Below, in pieces: positions 25,633 to 37,946 of a stretch of 64,000 nt of DNA. The notes under the pieces were generated by a model, which was not told the DNA's origin, made no database searches, and saw only the letters and a program-made list of their open reading frames with translations. Origin of the DNA: the human T2T-CHM13v2.0 reference genome, Homo sapiens. The stretch lies in assembly GCF_009914755.1 (NCBI RefSeq), contig NC_060932.1; one strand, 5' to 3'. The translations under genes were made by a program, and so were the position numbers. Positions within the stretch are counted from its first letter, which is position 1; the number at the start of each line of letters is the position of its first letter.

Positions 25633-26464
25633 TCAGCAACTTTGAGAGCAGAACCCAGAAATCTGTCTTAACAAGCCCTCTAGATGATTCTGATATCTAC
25701 CAAGTTTGAGAACCAATGTTAGAGATTAAGATGTTATTATATAAAAATGTATAAGATTTCATAATCTGTAACACCTCTCTCTCTCCCTTTTTTAAAATTT
25801 GCACTCCTCCCCTTAACTAGAATCAAAATGAAATGAATCTGACCTCTGGGAGAGCAACTAGGGAAAGTATGTCTTACCTGCCTCAAAGTAAAACTCCTAA
25901 AAACTAGAGTAAGCGGCAGCAACTTTAGAAAGGAGTCAGAAGCAGGCAAGGCTCTACAGCCAGCTACAGAAAGAAGAGACAAATGGGAGATCCGGCCAGA
26001 CTTGAGCTACAGCCCTGAAGCCTGAGAGACCTGTGAGGTTCCCCGATGAGGCTCAGAGGAAGCCCTTTCAATATTATGCCTGCCTCAAGCTCTCCTCTTG
26101 GCTGTTACAGATATAATGTGAACACGGGATGCGTTCACATAACCCCTAGGCCTCTTTCCCTATATTCAAGTGGAAACAGTAACAGATCAGTTGGAAAGGA
26201 CACTATGAAAAGCAATTGTTGAAAACCAAAGTACTATGAGAAGAGTGACTAAAAAAAGCACAGGGTGTACCTCAACATGGGTTTGGCTTGCTTTTGGAAC
26301 AGAACATCTCCCTTCTCAGTCTCTGCTATTCTGCCCTTGTTCTGATAACTAAATTCCCATGATCACAATATTATGGATAACGAAGATGTAAGAGGTTTTA
26401 GATAGATTTTTTTTTAGAAGTATGACTCCTATGCAGTGATTCTTGGCTTAAAAAACTATCACCC

Positions 26465-26779
<315 letters not shown>

Positions 26780-27799
26780 CTATCACCCAACAACAGACAA
26801 AACCACAAATGGTTCTGGTGCTCCTAAACGATTACTAATTTCCTAAATATAATAACACTTCAAAGCATTTATTTAGCTTATGAGCAGATATTATACGTTT
26901 ACTTCTCCAGTGGACCAAAGTTACTCCATCATTAGAGAGTTGTGTACTCTTTCAAGTCCAAAAGCTACTGCTCAGATTGCGGTGTTTCTCCCTTCTTTTT
27001 TTATGGATGTGGTGGTGTGGGGGGAGAGTTGTTGGCCACCAGGGGCTACTTTGCCATTGGCACAAAAATTTCATCCTATTAATGACATATTAAATTCTTC
27101 GGAGTTAAAAAAAGTGCCCCTAGCCTGAGAATTATTGGTTCCCTCTAATCCTAAGGTGGACTTCAACTTTGCCTTCACAGAAAGTCACAGAGGAAGGGGA
27201 GAGTGAAGGTTTCGGGGGATCCTGAATATAACCTCTTTCCTTAGCCTAGTGATTTCTTCACATTCATTACCCTAAAACTGCTTTTGTTATCCTTTACCTT
27301 CCAAGATCTCTTCTTTGAAATGACTAAATTGATCATAGTTATTAAGTTATACTTCTTTCCCCATTTTTAATTAATCGTAAGTCAGATCTGCCAACCAGGA
27401 ATATTATCTACATGAGAAAATTAGTTCCATGCCACTGAGATTTAAACACCAGCCAAAAATGTAAAGTCTATATCAGCCCATTCACAGCCTTACTGTCCGT
27501 TAATGTATTTTTTCATTAATAAGCTTTTTATTTTTCTGTTTTTATTCCCCAATAATTCCACCTAGACTCTAGGAATCTGAGAATCCCAATTTGGAAGCCA
27601 CAATTCTACAACAGAGCTTCTCTGAGGCAAGGGTTTGGGGTGCCTAAAATCTGTGTTTTTAAGTGATTTTGATGCATCTGGTCAGCTTATAATTTCTTCT
27701 ATTTGGAAAGCTCCTCTCCATCTTTTAAACACCACTCCCTCTTCTACAGACAATTCAAATGTACTTCTAGCAGATCCTAGTAAAGGGCTTGGGTTTTTA

Positions 27800-28020
27800 A
27801 ACTGGACTGTTGGAGTTCTAATCGTGGTTCTGCCCCAACCTTGTTACTTGGGTAACCTTGGACAGGTTACTTAAATCTCTTTAAGCTTAAGTTCTTTATG
27901 TGTAAAATAGGGGTAATAATAGCATCTACCTCATATGGTTGTTGTGAGAATTAACTGTGTTAATACAAATAAAGCAATAAAGATAGAGCTGGCACACAGT
28001 AAGTACTCAATTGCTGTTAT
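27800..28020 (+). mobile_element. MIR SINE
   Basis: accttggacaggttacttaaatctct...gtaaaataggggtaataatagcatctacctcat. Confidence 0.8.
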
Positions 28021-29254
28021 TACTTCTATAATTCTCCTACCGCTTCTAAATCACTGTAGGAGCTCTGGTTAGGACTCTACCATCATATAAAGCAATTCTA
28101 TTTTTAAACCTGTCTTCCACACTCGATTATAAGTTCCACAAGAACAGAGATCATGTCTGCTTGACTTTTGTATCCTCAGTGCCCAATGTGTAGCACTGAT
28201 GGATGCTCAGTGATATACTGGAAAAATGAATTACCCACCAACCCAGGGAAAAACAAATTGTCATTTCTTTTTCGTTGAAGATTATTTCACAATTACTCCA
28301 TGAGCCAAATTCACAAAACTGTAGGCTTCTAACACTTCTATAATGGGTATATTTACGTTTGGTAAAATAGGAAAATCCTATATTAGAGGCCCGTTCCTAG
28401 TGAAGTATAATAGGCAAATAAATATAGCTGTATGTGAAGGAACTGGACCTAATGCAGTCTAGTTCTGAGAGTTGTATTAAGGTCATATTTCTTTTACCCA
28501 TCTTTTTTCAAAAACAGGAACATGTGTTCTAGCAAATGGAGTAGAGGGATCACTTAAATAAAAATTCAGTTTGTCATTTATCCAATAAATACTGAGTGGC
28601 TATTTGCATAGGAAATAGGAAAAAAGGATTACTTTGATAAAATCCAATCATTCATTTGTTCAACAAATATTAATTGTGTGCCTACTTAGTGCCAGGTGTA
28701 GTTCTAGGCACTGAGGATTTGGCAGTGTATAAATCAGACAAAGTTTCTGCTTTTAAAGAGTCAATATTCAAGATTAATATTCTTGTGAACAGCAGATAAT
28801 ATCACTCACTAGGTAAAGAATATGGAAGCTTGATTAGCTTAGAAAATATAATTACGGCTTTGGCATGATGGCAAACTGGATCACTTTTATATTGGGATGG
28901 GGATCATTACAATATGGCTTATTGATTCATGAATTTAAATAAACTGTGACTAAAAAGTACACGTAGCAGTGAAAGGACCTTTAAGGGAAGTGATCTATTC
29001 CAAAGTAAAGTAGAGAAAAACATGAGAGAGAAGAGAGACTACATTAGATTTGTTGGCCTGATTCCAACAATCAGAACTAGGACTAGGTAGAAACTCCAGG
29101 GAAAGAGACTAATCACTGATTTCTCCTCAGGAGATGGACATTTGCGCCCTGCAAATTGTAAACTCTTCCCAGCGTACAGAACTATGCAGCTGGAGAGCAG
29201 CTCCAAATGAAGCGCAATGGCAGCGCTTACAGAGAGAGCTGTGAGTGGCATTAC

Positions 29255-29416
29255 CTGTGGGAACTTGACAATGATGTGGTGGGGAATGCTCATCACATTG
29301 TGCACAAAATCAAACGTCTCGGTAAGTTTCATTTTATTTGCAGTTAACATCTTTGGGATTCTGGTGATCATATGTTGAATTTCGTTATGTTTAAAACCAA
29401 GTTCAAGACGATAAAC
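29255..29416 (-). CDS. MTERF3: MTERF3 exon 7 ([24 protein letters not shown]...IIVKFPQ)
   Basis: Overlaps ORF 29039..29371; 162 nt, TTTAG acceptor, GTAATG donor. Confidence 0.96.
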
Positions 29417-29490
29417 CTAAAAGAAAGTAAATTTGCTATGAATCGTTATGTAGAAATAGTTATTTTGGTACCATGGCAAGGCTGCACTGA

Positions 29491-30033
29491 TTTTTTTTTT
29501 TTTTGAGATGGAGCTCGCTATGTTGCCCAGGATGGAGTGCAGTGGCATGATCTCCTGCCTCAGTCTCCCAAGTAACTGGAACTACAGAGGAATGCCACCA
29601 CACCTGGCTAATTCTTGTATTTTTAGTACAGCCAGGGTTTCACCATGTTGGCCAGGCTGATCTTGAACTCCTGACCTCAAGTGATCCACCCACCTTGGCC
29701 TCCCGAAGTGCTTACAGGTGTGAGCCACCGCGCCTGGCCATGATTTTTTTTTTTGAGACGGAGTCTCGCTTTGTCATCCAGGCTGGAGTGCGGTGGCACG
29801 ATCTCAGCTTACTGCAACCTCCGTTTCTTGGATTCAAGTGATTCTCCTGCCTCAGCCTTCTAAGTAGCTGGGATTACAGGTGCCCACCACCATGCCTGGC
29901 TAATTTTTGTATTTTTAGTAGAGATGAGGTTTCACCATGTTGGCCAGGCTGGTCTCAAACTCCTGACCTCAAGTGATCTGCCCACCTCGGCCTCCCATGC
30001 CAGGGTTACAGGCATGAGCCACCACGCCTGACC
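29491..30033 (-). mobile_element. Two tandem antisense Alus (29491-29739 with an internal deletion; 29743-30033)
   Basis: Two T-tails and two Alu bodies, each ending in ccatgatt. Confidence 0.93.
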
Positions 30034-31195
30034 ATGATTCTTTTAAACTTAAAATAACATTTTAAAATTTGGAGACAGCTATGCCAGTGCCTTCAAGGAA
30101 TTACAGCTTCCGGCTCCTGGGGTCACCAGAATTTCAAACCCCTCTGCTGAGAAAGAGCTACACCATGATGGTCATGAAGCTCACCAAAGGGGCAACCATA
30201 ATTACAAGAGGGAATGAGTGACATGGGAGCGCTGCAGGTCAGAGGCATGGGCCCAACACCAAACAGATCCTTCAGCAGCAGGATCTTCAAAATGCTTTTT
30301 GAGCTTTTGCTCCCAAGTACACCCACATATGTGTTGTCTGAAAAACGACATGTCAACATTCCAAGCAGAGATGAGGAACTAAACAACCAAACACAGGCCG
30401 GGTCCTCTACTTGCTTTCATAGTGTCCTGTGTGCCCCCACCAAGTAACTGCCCCCATCACTCTGGATTTGATCCCCCACTAGATTGTAAGCTCCTTGGGA
30501 GGAGAAGCTGTCTCCTCAGCATGGCGCTTGGGCAGGAGCTCAATAAAAAGATTTCTTCAATGACTGAACTGTTCACCTCAGAAAACAGCCCTTATATAAT
30601 ATTTCAAATACTACTACAGCTTTATATACTAACTAGTCAGCTGCTCTTGGCTTTATCTTATTCTCTTGGAGGAAGGACAGTAAAGAGTGTCTGGTACATT
30701 CTGTGACAGAATGAGAGTTGGCAATTGGGACAGGTGCAAAGGAGAACAATGTGCTGGCTGCTACTCTTTTCACAGAAGTCTTTTGGATCCAGCCTCCAAA
30801 ACTCCCTGAGACATACACAGACTGTCATGCTGGCCAACAGGAGTACTTTCGTAGACTGGTAACACTGCCCAGGTAACAAAGACGTCAGACGCCCACACTG
30901 GGCAACAGAAGCAGTTTCAGGGTACCACTTATATCCCTATCTAATGCTTTAGGATTGTGGGTATCAATGTCTGCAAGGTGATTTACTCAGGTTAATACCT
31001 GCTCAACGTGAAAATATTAACTGAAACAAACTGCTTGCTAGACATTTGTTAAAGATAATTTCCTATTTCTCTTTTTAGAAATAACTTATTTTAAAGTCTA
31101 GTTTTCTTTTACATGACAATAGCAAAATCTGTTCTCTTCAGAGGATTTTAACACTTAAAGAAACTGATTTCTCAAAAAGCCTAAAGTTGTCCTAC

Positions 31196-31267
31196 CTTCA
31201 TATTTTCTTTCACGGGTTCCAGACTTCCAGTTAGCAGCCTTGGGAGACGAACTACCAGATCTCTAGT
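31196..31267 (-). CDS. MTERF3: MTERF3 exon 6 ([24 protein letters not shown])
   Basis: 72 nt, CAG acceptor, GTAGGA donor, phase 0-0; read manually. Confidence 0.95.
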
Positions 31268-31642
31268 CTGTGGTTGCAAACAAAACAATCTAGTATTACT
31301 ATACGTGCATCTTTAACTAGTTTGGAAAATTAAGGCATTATTAAGATACAAAGTTAAAACTTAAAATATGACCCAATCAGAAAAATGATAGGAACCCCAG
31401 GAATAGATAAGATTAATACTGTTTGGAAAAAAAGAAAACAAAAACTGAAGGAACCAGTTTGATTAAGTATTATAAAATGATGGAGCTCTATGTTTAAACT
31501 AGCAGGATAATTCATTTTTGTACAAAAAATACCAGGAATTTATATGATTCACATGGGCCAGGCATCTGCTGGGAACATGAGATCTATCAGCTATTAAAAT
31601 GTACCTGACATGGAAATAAACAAATTCTCTCCTTTTCTTTAC

Positions 31643-31790
31643 CTTCTTCACACTAAGTTCAAGTTCTTTCTGAAAAAATCCCAATCTGTTATCCAGTCTT
31701 TCCACTGAAAAGTTCAGCAAAAATGGTGCTTTTCTGACCATCTGTGCAACATCTGCTTTACTGAAATTTTTTGAATGCAGATAAGCCACC
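31643..31790 (-). CDS. MTERF3: MTERF3 exon 5 ([25 protein letters not shown]...ELSVKK)
   Basis: ORF 31499..31816; 148 nt, CTAG acceptor, GTAAAG donor; mTERF repeat motif. Confidence 0.96.
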
Positions 31791-32044
31791 CTAGAGAAAC
31801 ATAAATACATACGCATGTGATAAACACTTACATTCTTTTTTTTTGAGATGGAGTCTCATGCTACTTCCCAAAGTAACAGCTGTTTTTAAAAAGGCTCCCA
31901 CACCCTAAATTACTAACTAAATAAAAGCATTCTGTAACAATGGCAAAAACACGTTTAAAACAAAACAAGCATTCACCCAACTCTAGATGGTTTCCACTTA
32001 TACTTAAAAACAGAAAATAATTCTGAAATCCACTAATAGGTATT

Positions 32045-32104
32045 AGTTGCGGTTTTTGCCATTACTTTCAATAGCAAAAACATGATTACTTTTGCACCAA
32101 CCTT
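32045..32104. mobile_element. MADE1 MITE, near complete
   Basis: ttgcggtttttgccattactttcaatagcaaaaacatgattacttttgcaccaacct. Confidence 0.9.
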
Positions 32105-32255
32105 TAGATTCTCTTTTCAATTAATCTGGTTTATTACTTGGTAAGAAAGAATGAAATAGCTTCTGCTTAAGATTTTTTTTTTTTTGATAAGAACAGAAAA
32201 ACACAAATTAAGAAAATAACACAAATTAAGAAAATTAAGGAAATAATGGTTATAA

Positions 32256-32607
<352 letters not shown>

Positions 32608-33119
32608 GAGCATGTATTTTTATAAATGATTTTTACTACAGTCTTTCAATATGTATTTTGTCAACTGAGAGATTTTCCTGCTAAGTTTCTGAAGATCAAA
32701 CTATGTAAGTTAGTAAAATATAGAAAGTTTGACTATAAAATAACATTTTTAAAAAATCTAAAACATAGTAAAAGATGGTTTTACTAAATGTCTAAAATAT
32801 ATCAGGATATTATTTTGTTTAATTCTAACCAGAAAAACAAAAAAACTTGTGAGCCAAGTGAATTTTCCATGAGGAAACATGGATTCAGGGAAGTTAAATA
32901 ACTTGTCTGAGATCATCACCTAATTACTGACAAAACTAAGATGTGAACTCAGGCATGCCTACATCTAAAGCCTATGGTATTTTTATACTATATACCAAAA
33001 CTTATATTACTTTATAATCACATGACTATTACTCCTTTAAAAATAGTTAAAATATTTATACGTTTAAGTATATAAAAATTTTAAATGCATGGCAAAACAA
33101 AACAAAACAAAAACACCCC

Positions 33120-33900
33120 ACTATAAATGAAGTCAAAAGACAAGTGACAATCTAGGAAAAATATCTGCAACATGTCTCAGAGACAGAACTAATTTTCTTC
33201 ATATATAAAAGAACGTTTACCGAAAAAGAAAAAAGCCTGATTAAAAAATAGCAAAGGATATATTACAGAAAAGGAAATGTAAACAGAAATTCAACATATG
33301 AAAAGATGCTCCAAACAACATTCCATGTTTCAACATCTGATGCTCCAACCAACAAATAAAGTACTCTTTTTATCTATACAATCAACTGAAAGCAAAGTGT
33401 GATAGCACTGTATCTGTAAGGATAACAGGGAAGCTGGCACTTCTGTACACTGTTGGGGAGAGTATAAACTGGAAAACAACCCCTATGAAGGACAATTTGG
33501 CAATATCTATTGAAGTTACAGATGAACACACCCTTTGACCTAGCATTTCCACTTCTAGAAATACGTCCTACAGAGAGACACCAATATGTGTGATTTTTCA
33601 GAAGTATGTACAAGGTAAGTCACTACAGCCTTGTCCTAACAGTGGACTGGAAACATACTCCATGCTTATCAATAGGTACTAGCGAGATCCGCAGCATGGA
33701 CTGTACTAGAGTTAAAAAGAATAGGCAGCACCAAGAAAAAATAATCTCCAAGATACAGTGAAGGTAAGATAGTGGGATACAGAATAGTGTGTATAAATGC
33801 TACCAATTGTTATGTATTTGTATTCATGTGTGTATACACAGATATATGCTTCCTAGAAGGTTGAACAAAAAATCCTGATAACAGTAGCTGTGTCGATAGG
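33120..33900 (+). mobile_element. Old L1MC/ME 3' fragment
   Basis: cactgttggggagagtataaactgg...ccctttgacctagcatttccacttctagaaat. Confidence 0.75.
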
Positions 33901-35763
33901 TGGGTCTTGAAAGGCCAAGGGACAAAGTAGGAGAAAAGGAGGTATTACTTGTTTTTTTGGCAGCAAGGTTCAGCATTTGATTAAAAAATTATCAAAACTA
34001 TTGTCTACATTGTAATGATTTTTCCAATAAAAAATCAAGATATAAGGCCCACCCAACCAAAAAAAGAGTATTTAAATAATTAAAATGCGACTATTCATTT
34101 GAAAATTCTACAAGGATTTTTTAAATATAACTTTTTATTTAAAAAATAAGTACATGAAATCAGTGCTGTTATAGAAATAAGACTGCTGCATATATCAGAA
34201 CCAGAAACAAAGTTCATTTAAATAAAGGTTCTCATACCTGTGCCTATTCAGTATTTTTTACTGTATACTCTTTTGAATACATGTGGCTGCATTACCTATT
34301 AAAAAATTCTAAGTAATTTTTAAAAATGTTCTACAGCTTAATTTGATAGCCAGCCAGGTTTAGGAATCAATGGACTATGCTACCGACGTGAGAATATTCC
34401 TCAATTGTTAGGAGCATATATGGCTTGAGCAAGTAACTTAAGCTATTAAGTTTCCTTCAAAGAATTAAATGTAGAGACAGTGTGTAGTAGTCAGAACCCT
34501 GGAGTTTGATTAACTGGGGTTGAAACCACTTACTCTGCTACTTATACTAACGGTGTGTAATCTTGGGCAAATTATTTAACCTCTCTGCGACTCCTATGTA
34601 CAAAGGTGCTATTAACAATAATGGTGCAGCGTGTGAAATGATCCCTACCCTCCTGGTATTCATGCTTTCTTGGAATAAATCTTGAGCAAAAAGGGCAAGC
34701 TGGTTTTTGACTGCAGAGAGAATTAGTGTTCCTGACAGCCAAGAAGACTAGAGCTGGATATGTCAGATGAGTTTCTTAGAATCATTCTCTCTCCCTTCTG
34801 TATTGTGATAGACTATCACTCTCATGAAGGGAAAGACTGTTTTTGATGTCTAAAGTTTAGGCCAGTGTCTCACATATAGAAGGGCTCAAATGTTCAATTT
34901 AATAAATAAGGTTTTTGTTTAGTTTTTTTTCCTAATTCCGAGAAAAGACATTAGACTGATGGTTTAAGGAATCGCAAAGCTCTCTGAAATGTAGTAAGGA
35001 TCAACATCAGTGTGGAGAACAGTCTGGAGGGTCATGACTAGAGGCAGACCAATTAGGAGACCATTGCAGTAATCTTGGTGTGATATTATGGGGAACTGAG
35101 GCAAAATAGTCAAAGCAAAGATTCAGAGAAATGTCATGACTGATTTGAGCTATAAGAAGAGAAGAACTGATGGGCTTTCATGATTTATTAGATGTAGATG
35201 ATAAAAGAAGAGAAAGCAAGTTAATACCAGTATTTCTGAGTTGGGCAAAAGGGTATTCAGTGAATCTGGGAATACAGACTGGGTTGAATGACAGGTGGGG
35301 GCGACGATGAATTCAACATGTTAACTTAGGGACAGGGGTTTTGCCTTGTTCTCTGTGGTATTCCCAATGCCTAGCAGGATTCTTACCTCACAGATCAATA
35401 TCTCACTGTATTTATTTTCACAAATTCAATAATTCTTTGAATGTTGAATGAAGTACAGAGATGTTTATAAAAGTGCTCCTTAAGAAGAAAACAAGGAACA
35501 ACCAAAATAGCCAACTTACGGAAATGATTAAGCAAATTATACAGTAATTTGCCAAGACAATCTCAAATGTCTAACAACAAAAATTGGCCAGACAAAAACT
35601 ACAAAAACCACAAAAGATCATATCTTTAAGTGCACTCTCAGATAAGTTAGCTATTTGTTGATGGGTTTTTTTTTTTTTTAAGAAAAAAACGTATTCCAGT
35701 TTCTAAAGAGAAAGAGTTAATTACTGACTCAGTAATAAGTTGAAAACATAAAAATAATAATGG

Positions 35764-35950
35764 AGCCAGGCAGGGTGGCTCATGCCTGTAAAATCCCAGC
35801 ACTTTGGAGGCCAAGATGGGCAGATCACTTGAGGTCAGGAGTTCGAGAACAGCCTGGCCAATGTGGCGAAACCCCATCTCTCCTAAAAATACAAAAATTA
35901 GCCAGGCATGGTGGCCACCTGTAGTCACCCAGCTACTTGGGAGGCTGAGG
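35764..35950 (+). mobile_element. Alu left arm, linker and first part of right arm; remainder replaced by the GAA repeat
   Basis: Alu sequence stops at gggaggctgagg and runs directly into (GAA)n. Confidence 0.93.
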
Positions 35951-36393
35951 AAGAAGAAGAAGAAGAAGAAGAAGAAGAAGAAGAAGAAGAAGAAGAAGAA
36001 GAAAGAAGAAGAAGAAGAAGAAGAAGAAGAAGAAGAAGAAGAAGAAGAAGAAGAAGAAGAAGAAGAAGAAGAAGAAGAAGAAGAAGAAGAAGAAGAAGAA
36101 GAAGAAGAAGAAGAAGAAGAAGAAGAAGAAGAAGAAGAAGAAGAAGAAGAAGAAGAAGAAGAAGAAGAAGAAGAAGAAGAAGAAGAAGAAGAAGAAGAAG
36201 AAGAAGAAGAAGAAGAAGAAGAAGAAGAAGAAGAAGAAGAAGAAGAAGAAGAAGAAGAAGAGAAGAAGAAGAAGAAGAAGAAGAAGAAGAAGAAGAAGAA
36301 GAAGAAGAAGAAGAAGAAGAAGAAGAAGAAGAAGAAGAAGAAGAAGAAGAAGAAGAAGAAGAAGAAGAAGAAGAAGAAGAAGAAGAAGAAGAA
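35950..36393 (+). repeat. (GAA)18 A (GAA)85 GA (GAA)44 trinucleotide repeat, followed by (GGA)n and G-runs to 36440
   Basis: Counted directly; no pyrimidine on the plus strand from 35947 to 36440. Confidence 0.97.
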
Positions 36394-36622
36394 GGGAGGA
36401 GGAGGAGGAGGGGGGGGGAGGGGGAGGGGGAGAAGAAGAATGGGTACTTGAATGAAAGAACTGTTGTAAATACTTAATTTAGATCAAAGAAGGTCTATAA
36501 CAAAAAAAATTCATGTTATCTCAGTAGACCCTTGTGCAGCAGAGATTTAAAGAATACCTTCCACATATATTTCCTTCATAACCACTTCTTAGGTTATATG
36601 AGAATCCTTTTAAAAGTCCTAC

Positions 36623-36812
36623 CTGGTCTTCAGATTTTCAAGGTCTTCAGAGAAAATTGCATGATTTTTTGTCAGGAATGCTCCCAGTTGGTTATCCTCT
36701 ATACCCACATCTTTAAGAAACAGAAGCATTTGCTTAATGTCTTTTTCAAAATCCAGTCTCAGAAGGAGGTTTGCTGCTTCTGGATGTTTTTCTATCTTGG
36801 ACAAATCCACGC
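36623..36812 (-). CDS. MTERF3: MTERF3 exon 4 ([17 protein letters not shown]...LENLKTR)
   Basis: ORF 36619..36810; 190 nt, AG acceptor, GTAGGA donor. Confidence 0.96.
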
Positions 36813-37603
36813 CTATAATAAATTATAAATACTGTTTGAAGATGACTTCTTAGTTCACCCATTAAACTCATATACATAAGCACAAGAAATTACTGATGGA
36901 GATCAACACCTATCCAAAGGAGCACTGAGATAGATCAATAGAAACTTCTAAATATTTTTAAACTAAGTTGGTTGCAGAAACAACATAGTATTTATTTTAA
37001 AAATCAAGTACAGAGGAAAATAGAGCATTTAGTGCTACATTTCCCCCCAAAACAAATTCACTAAGTCATATTGGTGTAGGGTCATCATCTTTGTCTAAGG
37101 TTTCTTGAATATTGTTTCAGAATGTTTGTCAGTCCCAGATGAACCCCACAGTAACTGGTAATTCTGCAGGGTAACAAACAATATGAATAAAATGTTACCT
37201 TCTTTGAAGATTTTATTTTTCCTTAGTTATAAGCATTATTTAAAAAATATGTTTATGATTCCCATCATAGGGGGAATAAAAATGACCCTGTGCCTTACTC
37301 ATCGTTGTAATCTCTAGGTCTTTAGCACGGAGACACGTCCCTTGAAGAAACTCAAGAAATGTCTGAGTGAGAACAAGTGAACACATAGCCCTTCAAGTAT
37401 ACAACAAAGCAGAAAGTATACAACCTTAAACCTCCACATTTAAAACTTCTTAATGGCATCACACAGTCAAAAAAAAATCGTCATATTCATTATAACTCCA
37501 AATATTATTAGAACCAAATATAATTATAAATCCAAATTTCTTGATATTAAACAGGTATTAAGATGCCCATGAACAGTAAAATAGATTAAATACACAGACA
37601 CAA

Positions 37604-37946
37604 TGATATGGTTAGGCTGTGTCCCCACCCAAATCTCATCTTGAATCCCCATGTGTCGTGGGAGGGACCAGGTGGGAGGTAACTGAATCATGGGGAGAAG
37701 TCTTTGCTGTGCTGTTGTGTGATACTGAATAAGTCTCACGAGATCTGATGGTTTTAAAAAGGGGGGTTTCCAGGCACAAGCTCCCTTCTCTTGGCTGCTG
37801 CCACGTGAGACGTGCCTTTCACCTTCTGCCATAATTGTGAGGCCTCCCCAGCCATATGGAACTGTAAGTCCATTAAACCTCTTCCTTTTGTAAATTGCCC
37901 AGTCTCGGGTATGTCTTTATCAGCAGTGTGAAAACAGAATAATACG
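37604..37946 (+). mobile_element. THE1B-like solo LTR
   Basis: tgatatggttaggctgtgtccccacccaaatctcatc...cagaataatacg; TSD cacaa/cacac. Confidence 0.92.

Noticed and set aside
26116-26140. Hairpin ATGTGAAC...GTTCACAT
   Set aside because: An 8-bp stem is expected by chance in 64 kb
27033-27050. CTCF-like TGGCCACCAGGGGCTA
   Set aside because: One G short and lacks the GGCR end of the core
35804-36451. 215-aa poly-Lys/poly-Glu ORF
   Set aside because: Translation of an Alu plus the GAA repeat from a non-ATG start; not a gene
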